Source of the DNA: Flectonema sp. DT1601
Lineage: Eukaryota
Assembly (NCBI GenBank): GCA_964019425.1
Contig: OZ025800.1
Coordinates: 744,001 to 808,000 of the forward strand
DNA length: 64,000 nucleotides
Direction: 5' to 3'
The notes beneath the pieces were generated by a model, which was not told where the DNA came from, searched no databases, and worked only from the letters and a program-made list of their open reading frames with translations. Shown one piece after another: positions 23,256 through 36,256 of the stretch (its first letter is position 1; each line of letters begins with the position of its first letter). Made by a program: the position numbers and the translations under genes.

Positions 23256-23633
23256 TTACATGGTATCACGGGCACTCTTAATTATCTTCCGATAAGTATG
23301 GAGTAAAGACTCCTCCGGCAGACCATTCAGAGAACCTTCCATGTCTGCAGTAATTTCAGTTGGCGCACTAGCAGCGGGTTTGGCCGGTAATTGTGATAAA
23401 GATTTTTGTTTCTTGTAGTGGATATGTAGGTACACACAACCCTCTCCATCATCACATCTTCCATCCTTTGTGAAATTAACACATCTTTTCTCATTCCATA
23501 ACAGTTGACTTGTTCCTCGGATTATAAACTGACAGTCACGGCAGCGTAGGACCATCTTTCGCGTATTCCTACAAATTCGTACATTGTCGTAGTTATTGTG
23601 TTCACATCGTTGCACATTATTATCCTCCTCCAT
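23256..23633 (-). CDS. Small CCCH zinc-finger protein, 125 aa
   Basis: C-x8-C-x5-C-x3-H (CVNFTKDGRCDDGEGCVYLH), preceded by a CEHNNYDNVR...LRCRDCQ motif. Polypyrimidine-AG at 23689-23690. Confidence 0.88.
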   Translation of the reverse strand: MEEDNNVQRCEHNNYDNVRICRNTRKMVLRCRDCQFIIRGTSQLLWNEKRCVNFTKDGRCDDGEGCVYLHIHYKKQKSLSQLPAKPAASAPTEITADMEGSLNGLPEESLLHTYRKIIKSARDTM

Positions 23634-23884
23634 GGGAACACTTCGTCCTTATATCATAGTTTAGTATAGTATTGTGATGGAAGCTGCTCTGACAAAGGAA
23701 AGAAATAACAAAGACTGACTTCAGAAGTTAAAGATTATGTGTACTTAAGTATATCACCCAGTGCATTTATAAACCCTGAGTGGGAGATAGAATAAATAAA
23801 ACAACACAAAAACAAAGTTACACGATGGTACCATAAAACTATCTGCGGAAGCAGCTGTGATGGTAACTTAAAGGTTTCGGATGC

Positions 23885-26800
23885 TCAAGGCGGTCCGTGT
23901 CTGTGTCGTTTAGAGTCAGCCAGCATTGTGGCTTTCCTTTCTCTTATTAAAATAGAAAGCGGTTTTGAATGATCCAATATGTGATCTGGTGTACGTGACT
24001 TGGATGCATAACTGTCAAAGAGTGTCTGTGAAGAAGGTTGTATTCGGTTTACTTTCTCTGTCTTGAGTGAAGACAAGTTACTTTGTTCAACAAGTTGATT
24101 AGCAACACGAAGCTCTCTTCGAGATTTCGACGACATTGATGACACAAACAACGAGCTATCAACAAACGCTGACGGGTCAGCAATCTGTTTAGCTAGTGCC
24201 TTCGTTGTTAATTTCTTTGCTGCTTTGTCTAACAAGACATTAGTTGTTTCACCCAAACGTGTTTGTCTTGGAGTTGCTAGTAAGAATTCCAATCCCAACT
24301 TCCTTCCCAAAGGTTTATCTTGTTGAAGGGGAACGTCAAGAGGCGAAACCTTTCTACTTTGTTTGGCAATACTCGTCCCTGATGAATCAGGTCCCTTTCG
24401 ACTTGTCCCTCGGATGTAAAATGGTACAACAGGTGTTACAGTTTCTCCACAGAAACGACAAGCTGTAAAGAACGGAGAGATGTCTTCGTAGTTTTCGACT
24501 CGTTGATCTTTTCTATACAAATGTTTACTTCGAGGCGATACCAGTGATTGTTCCTTCGTAATTTGTGGATCAGCAGAACAATATTTTTTAATATATTCCG
24601 GTACACACCACTTATCAGTACCACAATTTGTTGTTTTCGATAATTCTGACTGATCGATATTCTGCTGCGAAGGTAACGATCCTAAATAATCACCTTCAGG
24701 AGTAAAACAGCTAATTGCTGAATATACACCTCCTTCACATGTGAATATACAGTCAAGTTCGTCAACTACTTTAGAACAAGTAAAGAAATCTCTTACCTTA
24801 GGATAATATCTATTGATTATAATTGATGAAGGAGGAATATTGTCCGTTGTTGAGATCACAGAGTGTTCAAATAATTCAATAATCGGTTGCTTTTCATTTA
24901 AAAGTGATCTCGCAACAGGAAATGGTTTAGTGTGACAAAGTTGAGTGTCAATTTTACAGTTCGATTGATTCAAATGATTTTTAATCTTTTGAATTGACCA
25001 ACGCTTTGTTGACTTTGTAAGTACACCCTCCAGTAGTGGTCGCATGATAGGGTTTGTTTGGAGGTCTGAAGGGATTCGTTTCTTTACAGATGATGTGTGT
25101 AAATCAAAGTTTTGTAGTGTTTTGGAATACCGATTTCCTTGTCCTTCATCAAATTGAGAGAACAGGTGTTCTTTCTTGAAGAATGACCACATGATAAGAC
25201 CTATTCCCCAAACATCAACCAACATCGATAATTCCGAAATTGCTTGTTTGCCACACTTCACTAATGCAAGTTCTGGAGGGCAATCCTTCCACAAAATATC
25301 TTTTAAAATAATCGCAATCCCATCCTGTGATCGTTTGTGAAGTTCTGGAAAATTATCATTCAGTTTGTCTGTCTGTTGAACTATGTGGGCATGAGATACA
25401 TCAATAATCTTCCATGTTCCCTTTATTCTTGCTATCTTATTAGGTGAAAGAAGAATTGCGATACCGTATCTACCTAAGTGTTCGAGACCATTTAAGATAT
25501 TCAATAAGATGTGTTGTATTTCTTGAGATGGTGATGACCTTTCTCTGGCGTAGGTTAGAAGGTCTGTGTCAAAAGGTTCTAAGAGATTATAATAAACAGG
25601 GACTCGATCTTGATTTAGTGAGATGCTATCGTTTAAAAACATTTGACTTTCAGACAATTGACTACACTTATCTGCAGAAGGCTGTTTTTTAAACATCGGA
25701 GCTAATGATCTGCACTTCGTCCTGCGAGATCGTTTCTCCGTAGGTGAGCTTGATTCTGACACTTGGAATGAGTGTCTCATGCTAAGTCGATTTTTATTTC
25801 CAGTAAAACTATGCGTTGCATCTCCTTGATATGTTGGCTTTCTTACTGATAAAGTTCTTGCATGAGATGACGTTCTTTTTGTAAATGGACACTTAACATA
25901 TGAGCATGACGCTGTGTTTTCATAGTCTTGTTCCTGACTAAGACATCCTTGAAAGCTATCTATCACTGAAACTATCTCGTCGGAATGAGTGATCCCAGAT
26001 AGAATTTCCTTTTCAACCAACCAACTGATGTTATTAGTTGTGGTTGTGAGGGAAAATCTAGATTTTGTACTGTGATCGTACGCAGTGAAAACTCTACAAT
26101 TCCAGACAGTATCTTGCTTTGAGTAGCGTCCATTTACTGATGGATGTCTATTTTGCCATAACAACCTATTCTCTTTATCATCAAACAAAGCAATCAATGT
26201 CGTTAATGATATCGTAGTTTGAACACCCTCTGCTGAACAAAGCAACTGTCTCGTATTATGAAGATAATTTAAGTAAAAAACATCACACGGGGACTCGAAC
26301 ACAAACCTCGTCAAATAGCAAAATCCTGGAAAGCTATAAAAATGAAGAACTCCGTTGCCCTCAGCTAATATAAACGATTGAGTCTGTTGTATAAATAGAC
26401 ATTGGGTAATTGGAAAGGTACACGTAATTGATTTTTTTAAGGTTTGATCGTCGACTTGCCAAAGTTCACAACTCCGCTTAGAAGCGACACATAAAAACTG
26501 TCCTGAAGTAGAACAGCGAATCCATGAGACAGAATCAAGTAGTGATTTCCAACTCAACAGTTCAACAAAGTCGTATATTTTTGAGTACTTCCGAATACTA
26601 ATCACACCAGATAGAGTTGCTATGACCAGTAGCTGAGATTCACTATTGCTACACTGATCAATTTTTGAATTACTTAACATGGTCAGAATTCCAACTACAG
26701 AGTCAGAACATGAGACTCTACGTCCCCATGACCCATTTAATAGAGACATGACTTGAATTGAGCCATCGATATCACCTAACATCAGATCCCTGTTATTATT

Positions 26801-28766
26801 TATCAGCACCGCTGCTGTTTTTTCACTACTGCTGAAGTGGCTATATGAACCCTGGAGCTCACCTGTTTGTTTTTTTCTTAATTTTTGGAATAAGTGACTA
26901 CATAAATTCAGAGTAAAACTAATTGTGTGTGAAAGACACCAATCCAGTCGATATGTTAATCAGGTAGCTATTCAACGAGGGATATTCTTACGAAACGCAA
27001 CAATAGGCGCAGACAGTACAATCACAAAAGCACGAAAAACGTGATTTTCTGAGACGAGTACACACATTACCCGACTACACATTATACGCTTCGTCGTCCC
27101 GGTCCAGGAAACTTAGCGAGAGACATGACACAATAAACTATTACAAAAATGCTATCCATACCTGTGGCAAGGTGCCATATAAAGATTCCATTCAAATTAA
27201 TTGTAACTATAGAACGTTGAGTGTCACTGTATAGTATATGTGTCATACTACCTTGAGGAGAAGGAGGTCCACTTCTCTTATTGCAGCTAAAAGATCGAAA
27301 ACGTTTTCCTACAGTAAGGATATTATGACTGTGAGAATCATACGTGAATGTTGTTAGTTGGCCAACAGGATACTTACTCTCAGATCCTCCTAATGTTTGA
27401 ATTGGGGTGAGGGTGCGCATATCCCATATAATTATTTTTCCCATGATGTCAGCACTTATGACTTCAGGGGTACTGTCAAATGCGTGAATTTTACAGAGAA
27501 GTTTATCGTGGCCTCGTAAGACGTGGGTTTGACTTGAGATGAATGGATTCCAACATAAGATATTTCTTCCATACCCAATTGAGAATATTATTCGATACTT
27601 TTGAGAATATGTAATTTGTGTTTTGACTGATGACTCGTGAGCATTCTTAACAGATCGGACTCTGAACGTCAGAATCTCATGTTGTTCATCTTCCCAGCCA
27701 ACATCCCATACGATAACTTTTCCATTCGCCTGACAAGTTATTAGCTGACCTAATTCTTGAACAAGCAATAAATCACATAACCATTCCTTACTACATTGAA
27801 CACGATGTAATAATGTTATTTTTCCTTGGTATGCGAAGATCAGAATAGCTCCGTCGGTTCCACCCGTGAACAATAATTTGTTTATCTCATCAACCGACGC
27901 GCACAATTGCGGCGCGTTCACTTTGAGCTTTTCCGTTGATGTAGACCTATCGAGGTTATCATTCCAAGCGTATAAATATCTGTTTACAATTATTTAAAAA
28001 AATCAAAATAAAAATAGTCAAGCAACAGCCAACGCCTTCCCAATATTAATTTTAAAAGAACAAATACATACCGATCAGCACAGCAAGCAACAATTTTTTG
28101 CATCGGTTGAAAATGATAAATGCTAAATACGGCTGCTGTTGGACCGATTAATTTGGTTACTATTGTTGCCTTTTTATTATCATCATTGATAGTAAACAGG
28201 TAAATGTCGGATGCACCGACAAGACAAAAAATTCGTAAATGTTGAAAATATTTCAAACACTCAATGTCTTCCCAATACAGTCCGACTCCCTGAATTTTTT
28301 TTCCAATTGTTGTGATTGTTGTTGAAGAAGTGTTTTGGGAAACATCCGAAGTTTCATCTTCAACGGACACACTTGATTGAATGACATCTTTAACTGCAGT
28401 GGTCGTATTGCTAAAAGTAATATCAGATGGAACATCACTATACAATCTCATCTGTTTAAGACTATTTGTTGTACTCAAGTCTATCACCAATGAACCAATG
28501 TCGTCCCAAGATATATGTTCATCACAATCTCTGTCAATTTGTTTGAATAATTCTAAAAGAGTATTTCTCTGTGAGTCGGAATACGATTTCACCTCCCCCA
28601 ACGATAAAGCAAATTTTGGAACAGCTTCATACACAGCTTGTTCAAATCCCGTGAAGTCAACAGGCTTAAATAGCAGTTTCTGCAGACATAATAATTGCTG
28701 CTTTTCAAATTTTTGAAGAAATAAGTGGACGAGATGTGTCCCATGAGTAGCATCGGCTCCCGCCAT
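23885..28766 (-). CDS. EF-hand + WD40-repeat protein (WDR49/EFCAB8-like layout) with C-terminal pseudokinase-like region, 1496 aa, 3 exons
   Basis: Exons 28766-28072, 27979-27162, 26862-23885 join in phase (4491 nt). EF loop DRDCDEHISWDD. WD repeats, e.g. LRGHDKLL...ISADIMGKIIIWD. Kinase C-lobe remnant CPPEL...VDVWGIGLIMW. Confidence 0.85.
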
Positions 28767-30446
28767 CTGTCTCTTAGAGTCGCTCTCTCATTTTTTGATG
28801 CTATTTCTTTAATGGAAATTACGACTGGATAGCATACTTGAAAAAGGGGTAAAAGTATCTGGTCTCTCAATTCCTTCCATAAGTCTGTTTGTGAATATAA
28901 TTTTAGTGAACAGCAATACAAAACAAAATGACGTACTCGCACACAGAATCCGAAGGGAGTGCTTTACCGTTGAGTAAAATACAACTGGGAACCTCGGCTG
29001 AGGTACATCGTACCTCTTTCAGTGTTCTGAATTTGATTCGTTAGATCGTCTTCACTTTTCTCTGCATTTTGTAGTGCGTGTTTTTTAGGAGCTGAACAGT
29101 TTCAAGGTGAAGCTGTTGGAACATCGCAGCCTGCCAGTTTGGAGTGTAAAGAAAGGCTAGGTATGCGGTCTCAACATATCCCAATCCAGCAATGCACATG
29201 TACTTGCCAAGAAAACCAAAGAAGATCACGTAAAGAAAGGGAAGTGGGAATGATACGGAAGAAAAAAAAAAAACAACATCTGATTTCCGTTTATACTTCT
29301 GCTATGACATAATCGGTGATACGGATACTTCAAAATAAAATAATATTATGATACATAAAAATATTATCGAATCTACACAAACACGGATGGACCAATTGTT
29401 GATTATTTTATATCTTTATTGCAGGGAAGTCAAACCTCGGGAAAAGTTCGTGGGGTTTCTACTCATTTTGACACGATAGTCTCCCAAGTTAGAAAGACGA
29501 ACTGATCAGGAGTAAATGACTACCCAGAAAACCTTGCGAAGCAGTTATCTACCTGAGTAAGGGGGGGTTGCAAGTCGCACATTTCTGCTGTATCAGTCCC
29601 ACCGTAGGCCGCAGAGTGCACGAACAAGCTTTATTAGGCCAGCAACCGTACCAAAAGGAGGCACGCAGTAAATTTATTGTCACACGTAGATTAATACAAA
29701 TAGAAATACGACGGCGAAGAGGGCGAGAATACGCAACGGCGTGACCCAAATTTTGATCGCCATATTCTATTTTACTGCACTTTAATCTTATTCGTTCCAT
29801 TCAACCGAGACTATTAAAACGTAACAAAAACATAAAGTAAGTGATGTCAATCTGGGGTCTCACTTTTTCTGCACATATTTCAGAGTTGTTTGCAGCAAAG
29901 CTGTGTCAAATCAAGAATGGATTTTTTTTTTTTTTTTCGTTTCTTTTCATTTTCTTTATTTTTCATGCCGTGAAGAATAGATATGTCCTTATTTCTTTGT
30001 TATCTACAATTCTATCTTGCTGACGCAAGCTGCTTCCTGTCACAGTTGTGGGTAAAAAATGCCAAGCTAAGCCCTCAGAACACACTTCTACTCCACGCGA
30101 CCATTCTTATCCTGACCCAAACAAGTGATACATTAAAAACAATGTCACCAGCCTGGTGGATCTCGTTGAAAACCTTATCTCTCTTTCCTTTTTATTTCCT
30201 TTTTTTTTCTTAAGTCACGACTGTGCATTACCACATCCCAAAATCTGAAAAAAATGAGATGTCAGAATTTTAAAAAGGAATTATTGCAAGAAGAAACCAG
30301 TCTGCACTAGACGGGGAAATGCGTTCCTCTCTTTTCTTTCTTTCTTTCTTTCTTTTATTCTGGTTAAAGAAATAATCGGCATTGCTAATAACGCAAATTC
30401 GTAGATAGACTACCACAATCCGATAGAATATGAGTTTATTAGTCGG

Positions 30447-30570
30447 TAGTAATAATTATCAGTCAATCAAAAAAAACCGAATTCAAAAAATTCGTAGGAC
30501 GACAAACAAATAATAGTTGGTTTCGGGCTAAAAATTAAAAAAATCTTTCCTCGGACCATTCCCCTTACCC
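30447..30570 (+). repeat. Dispersed repeat family 2, module 1
   Basis: AATAATTATCAGTCAATCAA...TTCGTAGGAC...GTTGGTTTCGGGCTAAAA...ATCTTTCCTCGGACCAT, matching 44070-44197. Confidence 0.9.
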
Positions 30571-30760
30571 GACACTCTTCAGCGAAGAAAGTAAGGGTGT
30601 CAGGCCTTGCCTTTGCAAACATCACTCTAGCAAAGGGACAACATCAAGATGGTCATATCTTTTACTATTTAACAGTCCCCCCCCCCATATAAATATCAGT
30701 GAACGCGAGATACCAACTAGTGAGTGGCGCTGATGTTTTACGGGGGGATAAATAAGTTTA

Positions 30761-30877
30761 GCTAGAATATGAGTTTAGTATAGAAAAAGTGCACAAAAAT
30801 ATATTAAAAAAAAAAAAAAAAAGTTACAAAAACACATTGTTCTGCTGTTCCATAACACACTGTGGAATACGTAGTTT
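30761..30877 (+). repeat. Dispersed repeat family 2, module 2
   Basis: GCTAGAATATGAGTTT...AAAAAGTGCAC...TGTTCCATAA...GTAGTTT, matching 44497-44586. Confidence 0.75.
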
Positions 30878-32075
30878 AGTAATTTGATCCAATATTACGG
30901 TTATGAGTACTAGGTAACTCACAGCAATCCGTAGCCGTTTCCGAAGACGTCAGTATAGTTGAATTAGTTTCAACTGAAGAGATGTAATTTAATTTTATAA
31001 AAAAAAAAAACTAGACGACGACAGATTTCAGCTTTCCACCTTGCCCAGCATAACCATTGAATTGAAAGCTAGAAAGGAATACACGTGTTGGTATGCTTTA
31101 TTTTAATGAAAAAGAACTGACTCATTCAATAGCATAAAAAAAACTGAGTGTGGGTCAAGTAAAATGCAAAATTGCAAACCAACTGAGCAATTAGAAGGCA
31201 AAATTAACAATAAACTGAAAAGAAGCGGGTTGGGATTCACTCAGGACTACCATGCTTACAGCATTGTTGCAAGCAGTAGCGCGCCTACCATCAATTTGGT
31301 AGGACACTACATATGGAATATAAGAATGTTGGGAAAAAAAGGGGGAAGACTAATTTTTTTTTTTTTTTTCTCTTCTAATTACGCGCGTTTGCGAATGAGA
31401 GTCGGAAGACGAGAAGAAAGTAAGCAAAATAATAATAATAATAATAATAATAAAATAAATAATAATAAAAAAGTGTGTGTTGTTCGAATTCAAATAATAA
31501 TACCAAGCAAGGTAAGCAAGCAAATGCAGCCTACAAAAAAAATCAATCAATCATAATGCCTTCTGAAGTGAGTAATTACTGGAAATATCAGTGCACCACT
31601 ATTGAGCAACATAAGAGTCATTGTTTTTGTTTTTGTTTTTTGTTGTTGTTTGTTTTTGTTCCTTTTTTTTTTTTTTTTTCAAGAAAACAATTTCCGCAAT
31701 GCCGAGCTCAAAAAAAGTAATGATTATGAAAAAAAAACCATTCAGATAAGCCTTATATTTTGTTGATAGCAGCTAATAGATAACATGACATAATAAATAA
31801 CGGCTCTTAATCTGAATAGTTTCTTCGTCGGTGCAAAAAAGAAAAAAAAAAAAAAAAAGAGGGGGAAAAAGGACTTGGGTCCACTTCGTAAGAAATCAAA
31901 CTTCATCTTCAACAGATTGGCGAAAGGTCGCACAGAGATCAGTCCTTCCTTTCTGGCTAGGAAAACTCAACTGACTGAGGATGCTGGTTGATTTATTTGC
32001 ATCCTACGCGGGGAAAGAAATGATGACCTCTCGAATAACAGAACAAGTAGAACTAAGTGATCAGCTTACTTAATA

Positions 32076-34209
32076 TTATCCCTTACCAATCTTTAGTAGT
32101 TTGAAGATCTCGTCCTGCGTCTTTCTTAGATTCTTTACGGCCCAGGAGCGTGAAGGTTCTTCTTTTTGAAGACCACCCTCATATCCTTTCGTAAGCCCGA
32201 TTGTTTCTATTGTCTGTGTGAGTTGTTGTAATGCGTTTAAATACTTCAATGGTTGAGTAGGAACAGAGGTTGAAGAAACATACCTTAGGATCGAGGCCTC
32301 CCACTATTGTATCATCTTTGTCTCTGCTTATCCATTTCTCATTGAGGTAGTTGTGTAGCTTTGATTCACCTTTCTTAGTGAATGATTCCAGCAAAGTGTG
32401 GCAGCCTTCTACAGTTGAAGCTGCTGCAGAAGCACCAATAACACTATCACCTTCTAAATGCCACCAAAGTATTCCCTGACGCACACCAACTACCCAAGCT
32501 TGTTGTGTTTCTGAAGTAATAAGATCACCAGACTTGAATCCATATGTACGAAGAGCTTCCATTCGAATATCAAATCGAAGAATTCTCTTTCTTCCATGTT
32601 GCGGATAAACAAATATCTGACCAGCTAAGTCACAAGGTACTTGTTTAAGACTGCTCGCTCTAACAAAGACACCATGCATCGGAGTGCATTCAAAATACTT
32701 TATACCATCAACTGTTCCGTTGTGAGAACCTGTAGGCTCGTCAAGTTCAACTCCGATCCAACAACCGTCGTATCTGTGGCCTTTTTCTGAAAAGTCTGGA
32801 AACCCGATATAACGAATCATTCCACCGACTGGTTCAGGAGATCCCTTTCTACGAACGAGTGTTCGGTCATCGAGAGTCATGTCGTCAGGTACGCTTGCAT
32901 AACGAAACCCATTACTTGAAGTAGTCAATTGAGATTGACCATCTTTAATAGATTTTAATAAGGATATCGACGAGTCACTTCTGCCATCATCGAAATCTAA
33001 TGATTTTGGTTCTGTTGGTCTTCCCTGAGGAGTAGTAATATCAACACCCTCAGGCATTGGTAAGAATGACTTACTAGCAACTCCTTCATAGGAATGCCCT
33101 GCTAAGAACAGTTCGTTTAAATATTCGACCAGTAGCTTCCTGTCTGGTTCTGCAACTTGTTTTTCGTCGCACCATTTTTCTAAATTACGTCTGCATGCAC
33201 CGTAGGTCTTATTGGTTCCCTGTTGAAGAGCTTTCTCTACTATCAATACTCCTACTCTCCTACGCTCTTGTTTTGATGTGCAGTTTTTAAAGAAGGTGAG
33301 ATTTTCGCCTTCTTGCTTCTTTTCCTTTTCAGTTTCAGGTTTGTCGTCAACCTCAGCGGATTCCTTTCGCTTTTTTGACTTCTTCTTCTTCTTCTTTTTT
33401 TTTTTATCTTGTTGGGAAGGTTCACCGTCTTCGCGATCATCTTTACCGCAATCCTCCTCCTCGCCCAGATCTTGGGGCTCTTCCTCAGATGTTTGTGGAA
33501 TAGCAAATGAAGAGGCTGGAAGGGGATCAAAATGAGAGAGAAACATAGTACTGGTTTCTATTGGATCCGGGGATGTTGAAGGATTGTAAGGGTCAAGGTT
33601 GTAGAACTTGACGTCATATATTCTTTTGATGTATGACATAATCGCAAGTGATCTCGGAGGTAAGTCTGGATGCTGAGCTAGTGTCTGAAGCTTCATTACA
33701 ACATCACGTGCTGCATTCGGCTGACATCTCCAAGCTTTAAACAACATGCTAATACACAACAGTCGGAGTGAAGGAAGAGGAACATCAACTTTTTGAGAAT
33801 GGTTAATGTATTTTATTATGTATTGGGATACATCTGCCACTACTCCGTTATTGTAAAGGTTAACAAAGAAATCGGTAAAGGCGTGCATCATAATCTCACC
33901 CACCCTCTCTATTTGCCTAATGAAAAGTTTGCACGACCTAGCTATCAAGGCCTCGGCTTGTTTTTTACTTGAAGGATCAATATTTTGTAGCAGCTTTACG
34001 AGTAGAGTTGTTTCTGCGTGTCCTTGTGCCTTACCGGTTTCCTTGGGTTGAACAGCCCATTGGAGGACTCGGTTGAAAAAACAATCCCACAGATGCTGGC
34101 CTGCTACCACTGATGGTAAAAGAGTTGCCAATTCAGAATAGAGTTCTTCACTGTCATTGGAATGGAGTGAGTCGACCAGCCTAATGACATCCTGCTCTTG
34201 AGAGATCAT
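32076..34209 (-). CDS. CAP-Gly domain protein with helical N-terminal domain, about 687 aa, 2 exons
   Basis: CAP-Gly motif GMIRYIG...GCWIGVELDEPTGSHNGTVDGIKYFEC...GVFVRASSL. Exons 34209-32284 and 32213-32076 (phase 0). A further GTAAGG donor at 32086 may alter the last residues. Strong polypyrimidine-AG at 34219-34220. Confidence 0.87.
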
Positions 34210-36256
34210 TTCCAGTTTCTGGAAGACAAAAAAAATAAAATAAAAAACTCTATCACGTATCATTATCACTATGTTAACTTAAAAATAATTATCAATTTCA
34301 AGGCAATCCGCCACTGAGGTACACTTTCCTCTTTTTTTTTTTTTTTTTAAAAATCTTTTTTTTTTTGTTGTTTTTTTTTTTTTCCCTTCGAAACTTTGAG
34401 TGGTCTTTACCCACGCATAAGCATGCCAATATTCGAATTAGATTCTCTTTTTAAAAAAAAATAAATAAAGACTCCCTGTAATGGAGAAAGAAAAAAATTA
34501 AGGCAATAAAATGATCTAAGTAAGGGACCGCACACGGGGACGGCACAAGGTCCTCCTAGCAGAGTCAAAAACAATAAATAAAAAGAAACGTGTTTTAGGG
34601 AAGTTCGATCCTATCATTGTTGCTGAATTAGTAAAACAACACAATAATATGAAGGCTTTATATTGATCCTTCCTCTGGAGGATGCTTTGCTTGTCTCGAG
34701 CACTGGATGAAATAAGCTCAACACCCACATCATCATTCTGCTTCAGCATGATTGTTACAGGTGTCTTCATACTTTGCAGATCTCAGTGTATTTTCCCTCT
34801 CCACAGACATGTTTCGTGCGAAAGAGAATTATGGCAACGCACAAAGTCAGGCGCCGATTCCATCTTTCTTATATTAAAAAGAATCCTCTATTTTTTATTT
34901 TTTGTTTTATTTTTTTGTTTTTTGTTTTTTTTGCTTGAAGAATATCTAAGTGTGAGATTGCTTTGAAAAAAAAGAGGGAAAAAAAATGAAATAAAATAAA
35001 ATAAAACATTAGCTGGAGAGAAGCCATCACCATAAAAACAGAAAAGCGAGAAAATTCTGCTTCGCAACCAGCGTTTGCAGTCATCGGTAAATTCAGTGTC
35101 TGTCTCTCAGGGCACAAGTGTATTGTATTTGGGAAGGTGAATATCTACGGATTTCTCCCCTTTTCTTTTTGTTTCTTCCAAATGGTTCGCCAAAACGTAC
35201 TTATTAGTTTCTTTTTCATTTTTTTTATTCCCTTCCCAGTAGAATACAAGCACAACACCGGCTTATCACACGCCATGTGGGTTATTTTTTTGCTTGCATG
35301 CGGCAGCATACTCCACTGACGCAGGACTCCACGTGGTTCACTTTTAAGAGAGGGACATAAACTATAGGAATTATACGCATGTGAAAAAGATAAAAAAAGG
35401 GTAGTCACGAAACACAGATAAAATAGTTACGCTACGTTCGTAACGGTAGGACACCCAACGTCGTTATCTCAATTTTTTTTTTTTTTTTTAGTTTTCGGAA
35501 TGAAATGAACACGCATAACGCTTTCACATATAGTTGTGTACAGAGGACGGAAAAAAAAAAAAAATTGCGGCTGCTGCTGAACGGTTGAAAGTGGAATCAA
35601 CCAATCGATTATTGAATCTAAACTTTTGAACAAAAAAGAAAGAAAAAAAAAAAACCCTCTCAACAGTATCGTACCTTTTTTTTCTTTTTTTTTCCCTTTC
35701 TTTTTTTTTTTTTTTTTTTTGATTGAAAAAAAAAATAATTCTTCGTCAGCTTTCGAAGAACAGATCATCTCGACTATAGTCGTAGAATCATTACAGTTTT
35801 TTTTTTAGTTTTATTCAATAGAAAAAAGAAAAAAGAAACTGGTAAAGTAGCTCAATGGGACAAAAAAAAAAGAAATCTAATTAAATTAACAGAGTCGCAG
35901 TTGATGCGAGTTTCTGTGAAAAAAAAAACCCTCACCAGCAGTCACATTTGTATTTTTTTTTGTTCGTTTTTTTTTTTTTTTTTTTCCCCTATTTCCAACG
36001 CCTTTCGTTTTTTTTCGTTCTTTTGTTTTGTAATTTGCACCTATTCCACACAAATAGGAAAATGACGTTCGTTAGCGTAGTTACCCACGCCGAATCCCGT
36101 CATAGTACAAACCAACAAAAAAGGTTATCAAAGAAAAAAAAAGAGAAAAAAGAAAAAAGAAGAAAAAAACGATTTAATTTTAAATGAAAAAAAAAAAAAA
36201 AAAAAAAAGAGAAACTTAAATCTTCGAAATAGGGGAAATATATAAACGAAATAATG

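Noticed and set aside
29041..29229. 62-aa minus-strand ORF in a homopolymer-free patch
   Set aside because: GTG start, no recognisable motif and no independent support.
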